Of a stretch of DNA of 64,000 nucleotides, positions 29,275 to 38,780 are shown piece by piece. Source of the DNA: an uncultured virus (IMG/VR IMGVR_UViG_3300048911_000053). Lineage: Duplodnaviria > Heunggongvirae > Uroviricota > Caudoviricetes. A program made the position numbers and the translations under genes. The notes under the pieces are model-generated. The model had not been told where the DNA came from. It made no database searches and worked only from the letters and a program-made list of their open reading frames with translations. The stretch's first letter is position 1. Every line of letters begins with the position of its first letter. The stretch lies in IMG/VR virus record IMGVR_UViG_3300048911_000053; one strand, 5' to 3'.

Positions 29275-29349
29275 CTGGCGTACTTGGACTCGAACCAAGC
29301 TCATTCCTGATTAACAGTCAGGCACCCTCACCCGGAGAGCTATACGCCA
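29275..29349 (-). tRNA. tRNA-Asn(GTT), CCA not encoded
   Basis: CCTGA-CTGTTAA-TCAGG arm, U1-A72, G73, followed by CCT. Confidence 0.88.
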
Positions 29350-29630
29350 TTTATTTTATAACCTGTAAGTTTGCGCGTAAGACTCTTAATCGTGCTTATA
29401 CGTCCAAGTAACAGAGGCGTACAGGTTTTATTATTCTGGTTGTGCATCTACCACCTGATCACAACGACTCAATCCCTAATCGGATTGCCTTCACCACAAC
29501 TGGCTTTCACCAGATAGCCTGTCGGCCATAACCCAAACGGTCCAAGTTTGGTTGTTCTTATTATTGTTAAATACTGATTACTCAGCGTTGCACTGAGCTA
29601 GATGCGCGTAGTTTGGACTGGAGGGATTTG

Positions 29631-29963
29631 TTACGGAGTTAATGAGAGCTTGAGAATTGCGCCATTCTTAGTGGCTATTTCTTCTTCGTCGCCATCAACA
29701 TCGGATTCTTTACCGTTCAAGCGGACTTCATCTTCAACTACTGCAACACGTACATCAACGTAAGTACCAACGATGTATTTTGCAGCATTAAGTCGAGTTT
29801 CATCTTTCTCAGCACTCAACATTATGGAGTGTATCTTCTGAATTGCATCAGGAGTGATGTCTTCAAGAAGCTGTTGTACTTTTCTGAGTTTAGACTTCTT
29901 TCCGCCAGAACCTTTTGGTCTACCACGAGTGTTGCCACTCTGACCGGGCTGGAACTGTGCCAT
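29631..29963 (-). CDS. Probable terminase small subunit (DUF5681-like N-terminus)
   Basis: MAQFQPGQSGNTRGRPKG motif; upstream of the tRNA cluster and terL. Confidence 0.6.
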   Translation of the reverse strand: MAQFQPGQSGNTRGRPKGSGGKKSKLRKVQQLLEDITPDAIQKIHSIMLSAEKDETRLNAAKYIVGTYVDVRVAVVEDEVRLNGKESDVDGDEEEIATKNGAILKLSLTP

Positions 29964-30103
29964 GTATTATTATTCTCAATAAATTTCAAGCAGTGTTTCA
30001 GGGTTTATATTGAAACGTTTGTAATCTGCTGGTTCAAAGTGTTTACGAATCACCGTTCATTTGGTGGAAGTAATACTTATCTAAATCTTTCACTGTATAT
30101 AAC

Positions 30104-30661
30104 CTATAATACTACATTATTTTTCATTTCTACATTGGAAATAGTATTCCTTACATATTTCTCAAATAATCCCCTCACAAGAAACGTCTTTTTGTGTCCA
30201 TTCAACATCAGACACACTTTCCCATGACCACCATCACTTAACCTTCTACGGATATTGTCTTTGTACGAATGCACAACGGATTCATTGTTGATTGTGTACA
30301 ACCCTTCATACCCCTCTATCCAAGATTCACCATCTTTCACCGATTCCATCACTGGTTGGAGATTGGATAGCTGCACATTCGAAGGATTCCCATCAATGAA
30401 TATGTATGCTTTTGTTCCAAGGAAAGCTTTAGCTAAGATATCAGCCACACGTATGTCTAATGATTCGCACTCGTGGAATACTCTCCAGTAAATTTGTTTT
30501 CCTCTCTTAACCGTCTTTAGTGGACCTACACAGCCTTCTTGGTTGTATCTGTATGGAGTTCCACTCTCGCTTATTGCGTACTTTCCTCTCTGCCCACTGA
30601 TCCAGCGTTGGTTGATGGGTAATTCTCGTTCGTACTTAGAAACCTCCTTCTTTTGCTTCAA
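30104..30661 (-). CDS. NUMOD4/HNH homing-endonuclease-like protein, probably degenerate
   Basis: IEGYEGLYTINNES (NUMOD4-like). RVADILAKAFL...IDGNPSNVQLSNL lacks the usual His. Confidence 0.6.
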   Translation of the reverse strand: MKQKKEVSKYERELPINQRWISGQRGKYAISESGTPYRYNQEGCVGPLKTVKRGKQIYWRVFHECESLDIRVADILAKAFLGTKAYIFIDGNPSNVQLSNLQPVMESVKDGESWIEGYEGLYTINNESVVHSYKDNIRRRLSDGGHGKVCLMLNGHKKTFLVRGLFEKYVRNTISNVEMKNNVVL

Positions 30662-30833
30662 TCAAGCCCTCTACACACTCTCCATGCTCATACTCCCTTG
30701 TATTTACTGAATCGGGATTTAAAACAATCCTTCGACAGAAGATACACAAGTCATTAAGCTGTTCATTTTTCATACTGAAGAACCAAATATCACTATCCAG
30801 TACACTATTACATGCTATGCATCTACCACACAT
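30636..30833 (-). CDS. Small Zn-finger-like hypothetical protein
   Basis: CIAC and CIFC pairs; overlaps the start of the next gene. Confidence 0.55.
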   Translation of the reverse strand: MCGRCIACNSVLDSDIWFFSMKNEQLNDLCIFCRRIVLNPDSVNTREYEHGECVEGLIEAKEGGF

Positions 30834-31189
30834 GCTAAAATTCTTATCTCGTCATTTGTAATTACATTTAAGCCTACTTAGCTATATATACTTAGCTATA
30901 CAATATATACTTATTTATATACTATATAATAAATACTACTAAGTTATTACTACTAATACTTACTAAGTTATAGTAAGAATATCATATTTATTATAATTTA
31001 TCCATTGGAAATAGTATTCTGTACGCAATACAGCCATAGAGAAGCAAAGATATTGGCTATCTGTACAAAAAGTAACCAAAGTTAATTATCAAGTATTATT
31101 ATAAATATCCTTTACAAATACCTTCAATAGTGTAGAATTGACGTGTCAGTTCAGGCTGACTAGCAGAAGCCATAACTTAGGAGAACACT

Positions 31190-31381
31190 ATGATGCAAGT
31201 GATACCTGAAGAGAGCATCCCTAAAGGTGTAATCAAAGAGATGAGTCTCGAAGAAGAAGTTGAATATCTACGTAAGGAGAATGCTGAGTGGAGAGAGTGT
31301 GCAGTAGCGTTGTTCAGAACCAAATTGGTTCAGGACGAACTGATAAGTATCAGAAAGGCACAACTCCTATCTCAATTGTAG
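31190..31381 (+). CDS. Hypothetical protein
   Basis: AGGAG RBS upstream; coiled-coil-like. Confidence 0.6.
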   Translation: MMQVIPEESIPKGVIKEMSLEEEVEYLRKENAEWRECAVALFRTKLVQDELISIRKAQLLSQL

Positions 31382-31456
31382 ATTGGGAAGAGTGCACAAA
31401 AGTAAGTCAATCTGAGATTGATCAAGTAATAAACAACAAAAGAGAAGTAGTAACTT

Positions 31457-31855
31457 ATGACTGAAGAAATCATTGTAAAAAGTATAACAGCATACAGTTT
31501 GTATGAATTTGTCCTCGAAACATCTGAACTAGCAAAACAAGGTTTCAGCTTCGTTGATACCAATATGTGTACACCTCGGGTTATGGGCAGTATTTATAGT
31601 GCAGTCATGGCTAAAGGTATCGAAGTCAAAAAACACCCTAAAACCAGTGCCGTCATCAAAGATAGTGACCCTTCTATCTTCGGATTGGTGCCAAAAGCCC
31701 CTGAAACGACTTTAGAGAGCACTTCCGAAGAAGCCACTCCAAGCCAAGACAATGACTCCAGCGTTGCTAAAAGCGATACTGAAGCAACCGCAGAGGGTGT
31801 CGAAGTTAAACGTCGTGGTCGTAAGCCGGCTGTTCAAGCTGATCCCGTAAGTTAA
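31457..31855 (+). CDS. Hypothetical protein with acidic linker and KRRGRKP tail
   Basis: 132-aa ORF in the plus-strand operon. Confidence 0.65.
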   Translation: MTEEIIVKSITAYSLYEFVLETSELAKQGFSFVDTNMCTPRVMGSIYSAVMAKGIEVKKHPKTSAVIKDSDPSIFGLVPKAPETTLESTSEEATPSQDNDSSVAKSDTEATAEGVEVKRRGRKPAVQADPVS

Positions 31856-31875
31856 TAAGAAAGGAATTACTGTCG

Positions 31876-32604
31876 TTGAGAAGTCGCAGTAGAAGAGAAG
31901 TACGTAAAGAGAAGGCTGGTGGTCGTAAGCCAATCCCTGAAAAATTCAAAGAGGAACGAGAGAGTAAGGCAAAACAGGTTGTACCTAAAGGTGAGAACCA
32001 ACGGAAACTCATTGCTGCTCTGAAGAGTGATGTTGTGGTGCTTGCTACAGGCTCTGCCGGTACTGGTAAGACATTCATTACCTCAGTCATAGCAGCCAAT
32101 AAGTACGTGCAGCAGGAGATCGATAAGATCGTTCTGACGCGTCCTTACGTTGGTATGGGGAAGTCTAGTGGGTTCTGGCCAGGAACAATTCGGGAGAAGA
32201 TAGAACCATACCTTCGTCCAGTGCTTGATGTACTGAAGGATCGGATAGGTGCTAACGACTTTGAAAGCCTCATTGGTAAAAGCATAGAGCTGCAACCATT
32301 GGAAGCAGTCAGAGGACGCACCTTTGATAATGCAATGGTGATTATTGATGAAGCACAGAATACGACACCTGAAGAAGTAAGAGCCTTGGTTACTCGAATT
32401 GGACAGAACACACAAATGGTTTTCTGTGGTGACACATCGCAGTCAGACATTCGTGGTGATAATGGTTTGAAGTATTTAACTAAGATCATTGAAGACAACA
32501 ATCTCGAAGGGTGCTCAGTAATTCATTTCAAGCCAGAGGATAGCGTGAGAAGTGATATCTGTGCTGTGTTTGTAAAAATCTTTGACAACGAAGGGCGAAA
32601 TTAA
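31876..32604 (+). CDS. phoH: PhoH-like ATPase
   Basis: GSAGTGKT, KIVLTRP, RGRTFDNAMVIIDEAQN, GDTSQSDI. Confidence 0.93.
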   Translation: MRSRSRREVRKEKAGGRKPIPEKFKEERESKAKQVVPKGENQRKLIAALKSDVVVLATGSAGTGKTFITSVIAANKYVQQEIDKIVLTRPYVGMGKSSGFWPGTIREKIEPYLRPVLDVLKDRIGANDFESLIGKSIELQPLEAVRGRTFDNAMVIIDEAQNTTPEEVRALVTRIGQNTQMVFCGDTSQSDIRGDNGLKYLTKIIEDNNLEGCSVIHFKPEDSVRSDICAVFVKIFDNEGRN

Positions 32605-33230
32605 TGAAGACGAATTTAGTTTCAAAAGGGGTGTTGCTGAGTAATGATTTTAATTATGGCTCTCAAGATGAGATGTACGAGGAGAGCATTACTGCGAAGC
32701 ATTATCATCGCTACATAGTTGGTGAAATAGGTCATCCAGAAGAATACGTCTCTCTTTGTCAGCTATTACGTTCAATGAGTCAAGTTGATCGTATGACTCT
32801 CCATATCAACAGCACTGGAGGTCGGCTTGATACAACGATTATGTTGATCAATGCCATTCGTGAATGCGCTGGTATTGTCCATTCCTTCATTGAGTATGAG
32901 TGTGCTTCTGCTGTTACGCTCATCTTCCTTTCGTGTAGTGAGTGGTCATGGTCACAGCAAGCTAAATTTATGACTCATACTGCTTCCTATGGCTCTTACG
33001 GAAAGGAAGGAGAGGTATTTGCTGAGGTCACATTCAATCGTGTGCATTTACATAAAATGCTCCGTGATTTTTATACAGGTTTCCTAACTGATACTGAGAT
33101 TCAACAGGTAATTGGTGGTCTTGATATCTACTTAGATGCTGACCAGATAGCAGAACGTATGGATAAATATTCGCAAGTGTCCCCAGTAATTGTTGACCAT
33201 GTTGAAGACGAGGATCAATTAGACGAGTGA
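32604..33230 (+). CDS. ClpP-like protease subunit
   Basis: LHINSTGG, ECASA (catalytic Ser), FMTHTAS, DIYLDADQ. Confidence 0.85.
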   Translation: MKTNLVSKGVLLSNDFNYGSQDEMYEESITAKHYHRYIVGEIGHPEEYVSLCQLLRSMSQVDRMTLHINSTGGRLDTTIMLINAIRECAGIVHSFIEYECASAVTLIFLSCSEWSWSQQAKFMTHTASYGSYGKEGEVFAEVTFNRVHLHKMLRDFYTGFLTDTEIQQVIGGLDIYLDADQIAERMDKYSQVSPVIVDHVEDEDQLDE

Positions 33231-33493
33231 ACAATAAAAAGCAAATATCGATCTATAAGTTTATCCGCATCACACATTTGGATAACGCATTATCTGGTCG
33301 TGCTTGCCTTTTATTGGAAGGTGAAAAATATGCTCCTGTGTTGTATGCCGTCAAGTATCGAGAATTCGTTTATCTCAGATACTTGGTGTCTCCAAGCAGG
33401 AGCCTCTATGTACGATACAAGCTAAGTGATGTCGTGAGAAAGGGTGAGGATATTGTTGTATTTATTCCTGACGAAACGGTTGTAATTATTTAA
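33227..33493 (+). CDS. Hypothetical protein
   Basis: Start and stop coupled to both neighbours. Confidence 0.55.
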   Translation: MNNKKQISIYKFIRITHLDNALSGRACLLLEGEKYAPVLYAVKYREFVYLRYLVSPSRSLYVRYKLSDVVRKGEDIVVFIPDETVVII

Positions 33494-33750
33494 TGACGAA
33501 AAGTTGTGTTGTTGCACTTCCTTTCGATTGCTTTGAAACGAAATATGATGAAGAAGGAAATCCTGTTGGGTTTAAACCTCCATCGTGCTGGTACATCCTT
33601 AATGCGATGGGAGAATACATATTCATTAAGAAGCAATCGAGAAAAGATGCGCAAGAAATAGTGGATAAGATTTATTGGAAAGAGAAATACATTGTTAGAG
33701 CTGCATACAACAAGGCACAGAAGAAAACATTTACGGTGAAGGGTAGGTGA
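33493..33750 (+). CDS. Hypothetical phage protein
   Basis: Coupled ORF, WYILNAMGEYIFIK. Confidence 0.6.
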   Translation: MTKSCVVALPFDCFETKYDEEGNPVGFKPPSCWYILNAMGEYIFIKKQSRKDAQEIVDKIYWKEKYIVRAAYNKAQKKTFTVKGR

Positions 33751-34053
33751 TTGAAGATGTATGACGTAGATTATTTTACTAACAAGTTTGAAGCAATTCC
33801 AGAGGAGAGTTGGTGTACAGGCACATACAATTTCGGTGACAAACGTTGCGCCTATGGACATTGCGGCCTTTCTGAAGAAGTTCCATCAATGGCAAATGTT
33901 CCAGAGGCTCGTGCTCTGAGAGATTTGGATAGAACGCGTGTTTTCAATCGAATCAATGATGGAAATGATTCAAGGTATCAACAAAAAACACCGAAGCAAC
34001 GTGTGCTGGCTGCATTGAAAGATATTAAGGTTAAGCGTGAAACAAAAGTTTAA
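33751..34053 (+). CDS. Hypothetical phage protein
   Basis: YFTNKFEAIPEESWCTG...CAYGHCG...INDG...TPKQRVLAAL. Confidence 0.65.
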   Translation: MKMYDVDYFTNKFEAIPEESWCTGTYNFGDKRCAYGHCGLSEEVPSMANVPEARALRDLDRTRVFNRINDGNDSRYQQKTPKQRVLAALKDIKVKRETKV

Positions 34054-34480
34054 AAATCTCTACATGCAGATGGCTGAGACAGTTTCCACAATGTCTCACG
34101 CCGTCAGGAAAAAGGTCGGATGTATCATCGTGAGCCCGCAGGATTTGCTGTGCATTGGATATAACGGCATGCCTAGTGGTTGGGATAATAATTGTGAATG
34201 GATGCAACCAACTGGTGCAGATGGTTCACTTGTTCCAACGCATCAGCTTGCGACATTGAAAGAAGTTCTTCACGCAGAGTCGAATGCTTTAATGAAAGCC
34301 GCTCGTGAAGGCTTCAGCCTCAAAGGTAGCTCGATGTTTGTTACATGCAGTCCGTGTCTTGAGTGTGCAAAATTGATTCATCAAGCAGGAATTAAAGAGA
34401 TTTATTACAAAGAGGTTTATCGCAGTACAGATGGAATTAATTTCCTAACTAAATGCGGTATTGATGTAAAACAAATTTGA
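34037..34480 (+). CDS. dCMP deaminase
   Basis: GYNGMPSG, HAESNAL and SPCLECAKLI zinc deaminase motifs. Confidence 0.93.
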   Translation: MKQKFKNLYMQMAETVSTMSHAVRKKVGCIIVSPQDLLCIGYNGMPSGWDNNCEWMQPTGADGSLVPTHQLATLKEVLHAESNALMKAAREGFSLKGSSMFVTCSPCLECAKLIHQAGIKEIYYKEVYRSTDGINFLTKCGIDVKQI

Positions 34481-34489
34481 GAAGTATTA

Positions 34490-35050
34490 ATGCCAATTAA
34501 TAATGTTGTCGAAGGCGATTTAGTAAAACTAGCTGCACAAGGTATGTTCGATGTAATTGTACATGGGTGTAATTGCTTCTGCACAATGAAATCAGGTATT
34601 GCGAAGTCGATAGTTGAGCAGTGGCCTATGGCTGCTTACATCGATAGTAAAACTGTAAAAGGTGATCGAAATAAACTCGGTACGTATACATCAGCATATA
34701 TCACTGAAATAGATTTAGAGATTATCAATGCATACACTCAATACAAGTATGGCACTGACAAAATTCAAGTTGAGTACAAAGCTGTTCAGAAAGTGTTTCA
34801 GTCGTTGAATGAGGAATATAAAAATCTTGGTGTGATAGTGGGCATCCCAAAAATTGGTTGTGGTCTTGCTGGTGGTGAATGGCCTGTTGTAGAGCACATC
34901 ATTGATCAAGCAACTCCAGACTTGAATATCTATCTCATTGAATTTGAGAAAGAGCCTGATTTGGATTTCTATCCTACAGGTAGAAACGAAATAATGGTTG
35001 AAGCCTATCGTCATGCGTATAACGCTGCGAATCCCAAACAAAGAGGTTGA
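34490..35050 (+). CDS. Macrodomain (ADP-ribose processing) protein
   Basis: VEGDL, VHGCNCFCTMKSGIA, NAYTQ, PKIGCGLAGGEW. Confidence 0.9.
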   Translation: MPINNVVEGDLVKLAAQGMFDVIVHGCNCFCTMKSGIAKSIVEQWPMAAYIDSKTVKGDRNKLGTYTSAYITEIDLEIINAYTQYKYGTDKIQVEYKAVQKVFQSLNEEYKNLGVIVGIPKIGCGLAGGEWPVVEHIIDQATPDLNIYLIEFEKEPDLDFYPTGRNEIMVEAYRHAYNAANPKQRG

Positions 35051-36108
35051 GTGTGAGTAGTCTACAAAGAAATTTATATGGTTTAGATAAAAACGGTGGC
35101 TTCAAAGTTTGGAGCATCGCTGTACAAGGTAATGTCATCTTCATCACTCACGGAAAATTGGGTGGAAAGACGCAAACCAAAGAGGAACACATTAAAGGTA
35201 AAAACATTGGTCGTGCAAATGAAACGAGTGATTGTGAACAAGCTTTATTAGAAGCCGAGAGCCGTTACAAGAAACAACTTGATAAAGGTTATCGCGAGAA
35301 CAAAGAGGATTTGCAAGAGCTGCCGCTATTGCCAATGCTTGCACATGATTATCACAAACAAGGGCATCGTATTCAGTATCCGTGTTGGGCAAGTCCTAAG
35401 CTTGACGGTGTGAGGTGCCTTGCTTATTGGGAAGGAGATCGTGTTGTTTTATTGAGTCGTGGCGGGAAGGAATACAGCGTTCCACATATACAGGCAAAGC
35501 TTGAGGCAACATTGCCAAAAGATATGATCTTGGATGGAGAAATTTATATTCACGGTAAGTATCTTGAAGAAATTACGTCTGCTGTTAAGAAAGCAAACGA
35601 ATTGACGCCACAATTAGAGTTAGTTGTGTTTGATATTGTTGATGACCGTCCCTTCAGTGACCGTGTGCAAGACCTTCTAATGTTGGAAGATGATATTGAT
35701 GCAAAGTTTATTGAATATTGGTGGGTTGAAACCGAAGATCAAATGAAGTCCGATCACAAGGATGAAGTTGCCAAAGGTTATGAAGGCATTATGCTCCGCA
35801 ATCTTGATGGTAAATATGAATCCGGTAAGCGCAGCGCTGATCTTCAGAAGTACAAAGAGTTCTTCGATGATGAATTCGAAATCACAGGTATTGAAGAAGA
35901 TCGAAATGATAATGCTGTATTCACGGTGAAGAATAAGTTTGCTGATAATGAATTCAACGTGACATTTGGTGACTTCGAGCAACGGAAGGAATTTCTGAAG
36001 CGGACTGACTTAATTGGGAAAATGATTACTGTGAAGTATCAGACGCTTTATAAAGATACACGTATACCTCAATTTCCTACAGGAGTTGCTATTAGAGATT
36101 ATGAATAG
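35047..36108 (+). CDS. ATP-dependent DNA ligase
   Basis: PMLAH, SPKLDGVRC, LDGEIY, GYEGIMLR, LQKYK. Confidence 0.93.
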   Translation: MSVSSLQRNLYGLDKNGGFKVWSIAVQGNVIFITHGKLGGKTQTKEEHIKGKNIGRANETSDCEQALLEAESRYKKQLDKGYRENKEDLQELPLLPMLAHDYHKQGHRIQYPCWASPKLDGVRCLAYWEGDRVVLLSRGGKEYSVPHIQAKLEATLPKDMILDGEIYIHGKYLEEITSAVKKANELTPQLELVVFDIVDDRPFSDRVQDLLMLEDDIDAKFIEYWWVETEDQMKSDHKDEVAKGYEGIMLRNLDGKYESGKRSADLQKYKEFFDDEFEITGIEEDRNDNAVFTVKNKFADNEFNVTFGDFEQRKEFLKRTDLIGKMITVKYQTLYKDTRIPQFPTGVAIRDYE

Positions 36109-36313
36109 AGATATCTGGAAAAACCATCTATTAAGTGGTGGAAGTATTTCTGTCTGTAACACCTGGACATTCGAAAAGTGTTACATGACGTGTTCAGGAT
36201 CAGAAGATGATTACATTTGTTGCGATGAGTCATATTCGAATATCGATGAAACACTAGATGCAATTGAAATGTTAGATTATTCGAATGGTGACGAAATTAT
36301 TTTAAATGACTAA
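36101..36313 (+). CDS. Hypothetical protein
   Basis: ATG overlapping the ligase 3' end (MNRDIWKNHL). Confidence 0.5.
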   Translation: MNRDIWKNHLLSGGSISVCNTWTFEKCYMTCSGSEDDYICCDESYSNIDETLDAIEMLDYSNGDEIILND

Positions 36314-36355
36314 ATCAAAATTGAGAACGACTGGCGTTGCTATTAGAGACTATGA

Positions 36356-36574
36356 ATGAAACTTGATGAGAATTATACATACATTCTTGTTTGCTCTGAG
36401 AGTGGAGAGCAGTTACCAGAGTCTTGGTATCTTGATAACAAAGTCTGCCCATCCTGCGGCACTATTGATGTCTACACAGCACATCAAACGATTGTAGCTG
36501 GTAAATGGAATCGTCCTAATTTACTTGAACGGAGTATAGGTAAGAAAGCTTATTTCATTAGAAGGGAAGATTAG
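36356..36574 (+). CDS. Hypothetical protein with CPSCG
   Basis: 72-aa coupled ORF. Confidence 0.55.
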   Translation: MKLDENYTYILVCSESGEQLPESWYLDNKVCPSCGTIDVYTAHQTIVAGKWNRPNLLERSIGKKAYFIRRED

Positions 36575-36579
36575 AGATT

Positions 36580-36795
36580 ATGAAATATAGATATTCTGAG
36601 TGTGAGTACTTTAATAGGGTGTTCTGTTTAAGAGATGGAAAAGTCTATAGCGCACAACTTAGAAAAGTAGAGTGGAGATGGGGATATGGTTTCGTCCGTT
36701 TACACAGAATGCCTTACAAAAATGTAGAGAGGCGGTGGTATGACGAGTCTGAGGGTGTCACTTACTATTATGGTAGAAGACTTTTTGGATTATGA
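36580..36795 (+). CDS. Hypothetical protein
   Basis: 71-aa ORF in operon. Confidence 0.5.
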   Translation: MKYRYSECEYFNRVFCLRDGKVYSAQLRKVEWRWGYGFVRLHRMPYKNVERRWYDESEGVTYYYGRRLFGL

Positions 36796-36947
36796 GCAAA
36801 CCAAAATTTAAAGTAACTGGTTTCCATGCATTTGGTGGAAAGCTTTTGAATTGGCAATACTGCCAGAAGTGTGGATTGATAACACTTAAAAATGAAAATA
36901 CACAAAAAGCAATACAGAGAGCTTGTCCTGGTAAGGAGGAAGAGTAA
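36792..36947 (+). CDS. Small hypothetical protein (YCQKCGL...C)
   Basis: 51-aa ORF below the track cutoff; ATGA and TAATG overlaps with neighbours. Confidence 0.55.
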   Translation: MSKPKFKVTGFHAFGGKLLNWQYCQKCGLITLKNENTQKAIQRACPGKEEE

Positions 36948-37326
36948 TGAAAATTACATTGAAGACGTTACACAAAGCAACAGCACAGCAAGTATTTGAT
37001 CAAATTGCTCGCACTTACTAAAACAAAGTGAGAAGTCGCGAGATAAGGATGTTTGTCTCTACAGACACCCTTCAGGCTTTCTTAAATGTGCAGCAGGGTG
37101 CCTTATTGCAGATGATGAATATAAACCTGAATTTGAACGTAAGGATTGGGGCCAGCTGCTAATGGAAAAACAAGTCCCTGATGCACATTATGGATTAATC
37201 AAAGACCTCCAGATCGCACATGATAGGGACCCGGTTCGTATGTGGAGATATTCACTAAAAGATGTTGCACAAGATTATAGAGGCCCAATGGGCGAACGAT
37301 TGAATACGGATGTGCTGGGTCTATGA
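36947..37326 (+). pseudogene. Frameshifted hypothetical phage gene
   Basis: AGGAGG RBS. MKITLKTLHKATAQQVFDQIAR stops after 24 codons, while the adjacent frame continues HLLKQSEKS...CLYR...LKCAAGCLIADDEY to TGA at 37326. Confidence 0.7.
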
Positions 37327-37368
37327 AAGCATAAAAGCAATTTAACTAATGAGGAAACAAAGAAACAA

Positions 37369-38247
37369 ATGAATGCAGTAGTAAATAGAAATCAAGCGAT
37401 GAATGACACTTATCGCGCAGTTTATGGTAAGGATGTTATCCGTATTGGTGATATCACAATCAAGCAGGATGTCGAAGGTCGGTATTGTTTGAATGACTTA
37501 CACAGGGCAGCGGGAGGGGAAGATCGACACCAGCCCCGTTATTGGCTGGCTGGTCAACACGCTCAAGAGATGGTCAGCATTTTGGAAACTAGCGGAATTC
37601 CGCTAGTTTCCAAAATTGGCCGAAATGGAGGCACTTACGTTAGTAAGCAGCTTGTCTATGGTTATGCCATGTGGATTAGTCCGGCTTTCCAACTGAAAGT
37701 TAGTGAAGCTTATGACAAGCTCCAGACAAATGGTGTAGCTGTCTCTGAGCACGCTGCCGAAGACTTCCTAACGAATCCTATGAAATACATGCGTGCTCTG
37801 ATGACTCAAGCCGAGGCAATTGCGAAAGAGAATACCATTCTGCTTCGCAAGAACACGGAGGTGACTGAACAACGTGACGGTCTTGTGACAACCGTAGGAA
37901 AGCATAATCGCACGATTCATAAAATCATGCGCATGTTCCCCGGCGTGAATACGATGAGCATTAAATCTGACCTGATGGGGATGGGATATTTTTACAAGAA
38001 AGGGAATACCCATCGAGTTTACTCGCAGTATCTACACAAGTTGTTTAACGAGAAGGTAGATGATGAGCGTGGGACGGCAGATATCTTCCTTGAGAAAGAT
38101 GGACTGATCTTGGTTGCTCAGCTTTACAAGCAAGGCAAGCTGACGATGAAGAAGAAGGAGGAAGATTTCTATAAACACATTGATGTTGAGGGAATATTGG
38201 CTGGTCTCGGAATTGCTCAGCGTACAGGCGAGTTACAAGCAGCATGA
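37369..38247 (+). CDS. KilA-N domain DNA-binding protein (antirepressor-like)
   Basis: IKQDVEGRYCLNDLHRAAGG, GGTYVSKQLVYGYAMWISPAFQLKV, C-terminal LYKQGKLTMKK. Confidence 0.9.
   Translation: MNAVVNRNQAMNDTYRAVYGKDVIRIGDITIKQDVEGRYCLNDLHRAAGGEDRHQPRYWLAGQHAQEMVSILETSGIPLVSKIGRNGGTYVSKQLVYGYAMWISPAFQLKVSEAYDKLQTNGVAVSEHAAEDFLTNPMKYMRALMTQAEAIAKENTILLRKNTEVTEQRDGLVTTVGKHNRTIHKIMRMFPGVNTMSIKSDLMGMGYFYKKGNTHRVYSQYLHKLFNEKVDDERGTADIFLEKDGLILVAQLYKQGKLTMKKKEEDFYKHIDVEGILAGLGIAQRTGELQAA
37579..37616. repeat. Perfect 38-bp palindrome inside the KilA-N gene
   Basis: ATTTTGGAAACTAGCGGAA|TTCCGCTAGTTTCCAAAAT. Confidence 0.95.
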
Positions 38248-38696
38248 AAACAATCATAGCCGGAAGTAGAGGCATCGATAACGCTCTCCGTGTTGTTGCT
38301 AAGGCCATTAATGCTTCGGGGTGGCTTATGCAGATCACAGAGGTGGTGTCTGGTACAGCAAGAGGGATAGATAGAGCAGGAGAACGTTGGGCTGAAGATA
38401 ATCAAATAAAGATTAAAACATTCCCTGCTTGGTGGAATGATCTCAGTGGTAGTGATGGGATGCCTGTTGTGGAAAGAACACAGGCAGATGGTAGGAGATA
38501 CAACGCAGCGGCAGGCCATAATCGAAATCAACGAATGGCTGAGTACGCAGATGCACTCATTGCAGTATGGGACGGTGTTAGTAAAGGGACAAAGGATATG
38601 ATTGATCGAGCAACGAAGGAAGGGTTAAAGGTGTATGTCTATAGAGTTGAAACTGAAATGTTAGATAGTAAAGGTAAATTAAATGACGACTCATAG
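38244..38696 (+). CDS. SLOG/YspA-like (DUF2493-like) protein
   Basis: IIAGSR, VVSGTARGID, AGHNRNQRMAEYADALIAVWDGVSKGT. Confidence 0.85.
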   Translation: MKTIIAGSRGIDNALRVVAKAINASGWLMQITEVVSGTARGIDRAGERWAEDNQIKIKTFPAWWNDLSGSDGMPVVERTQADGRRYNAAAGHNRNQRMAEYADALIAVWDGVSKGTKDMIDRATKEGLKVYVYRVETEMLDSKGKLNDDS

Positions 38697-38780
38697 TGGA
38701 TGGGCAGGGAGGATTGGGTCAGCTGTTTGCTCAATTATCTTGATAGTAATCATCGTAGCAATTTTTGTTTAGGAGGAAGA

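Noticed and set aside
28128..29411. Plus-strand ORFs 28128..28460, 28454..29065 and 29199..29411
   Set aside because: They are antisense shadows of tRNA genes and have no protein-like features.
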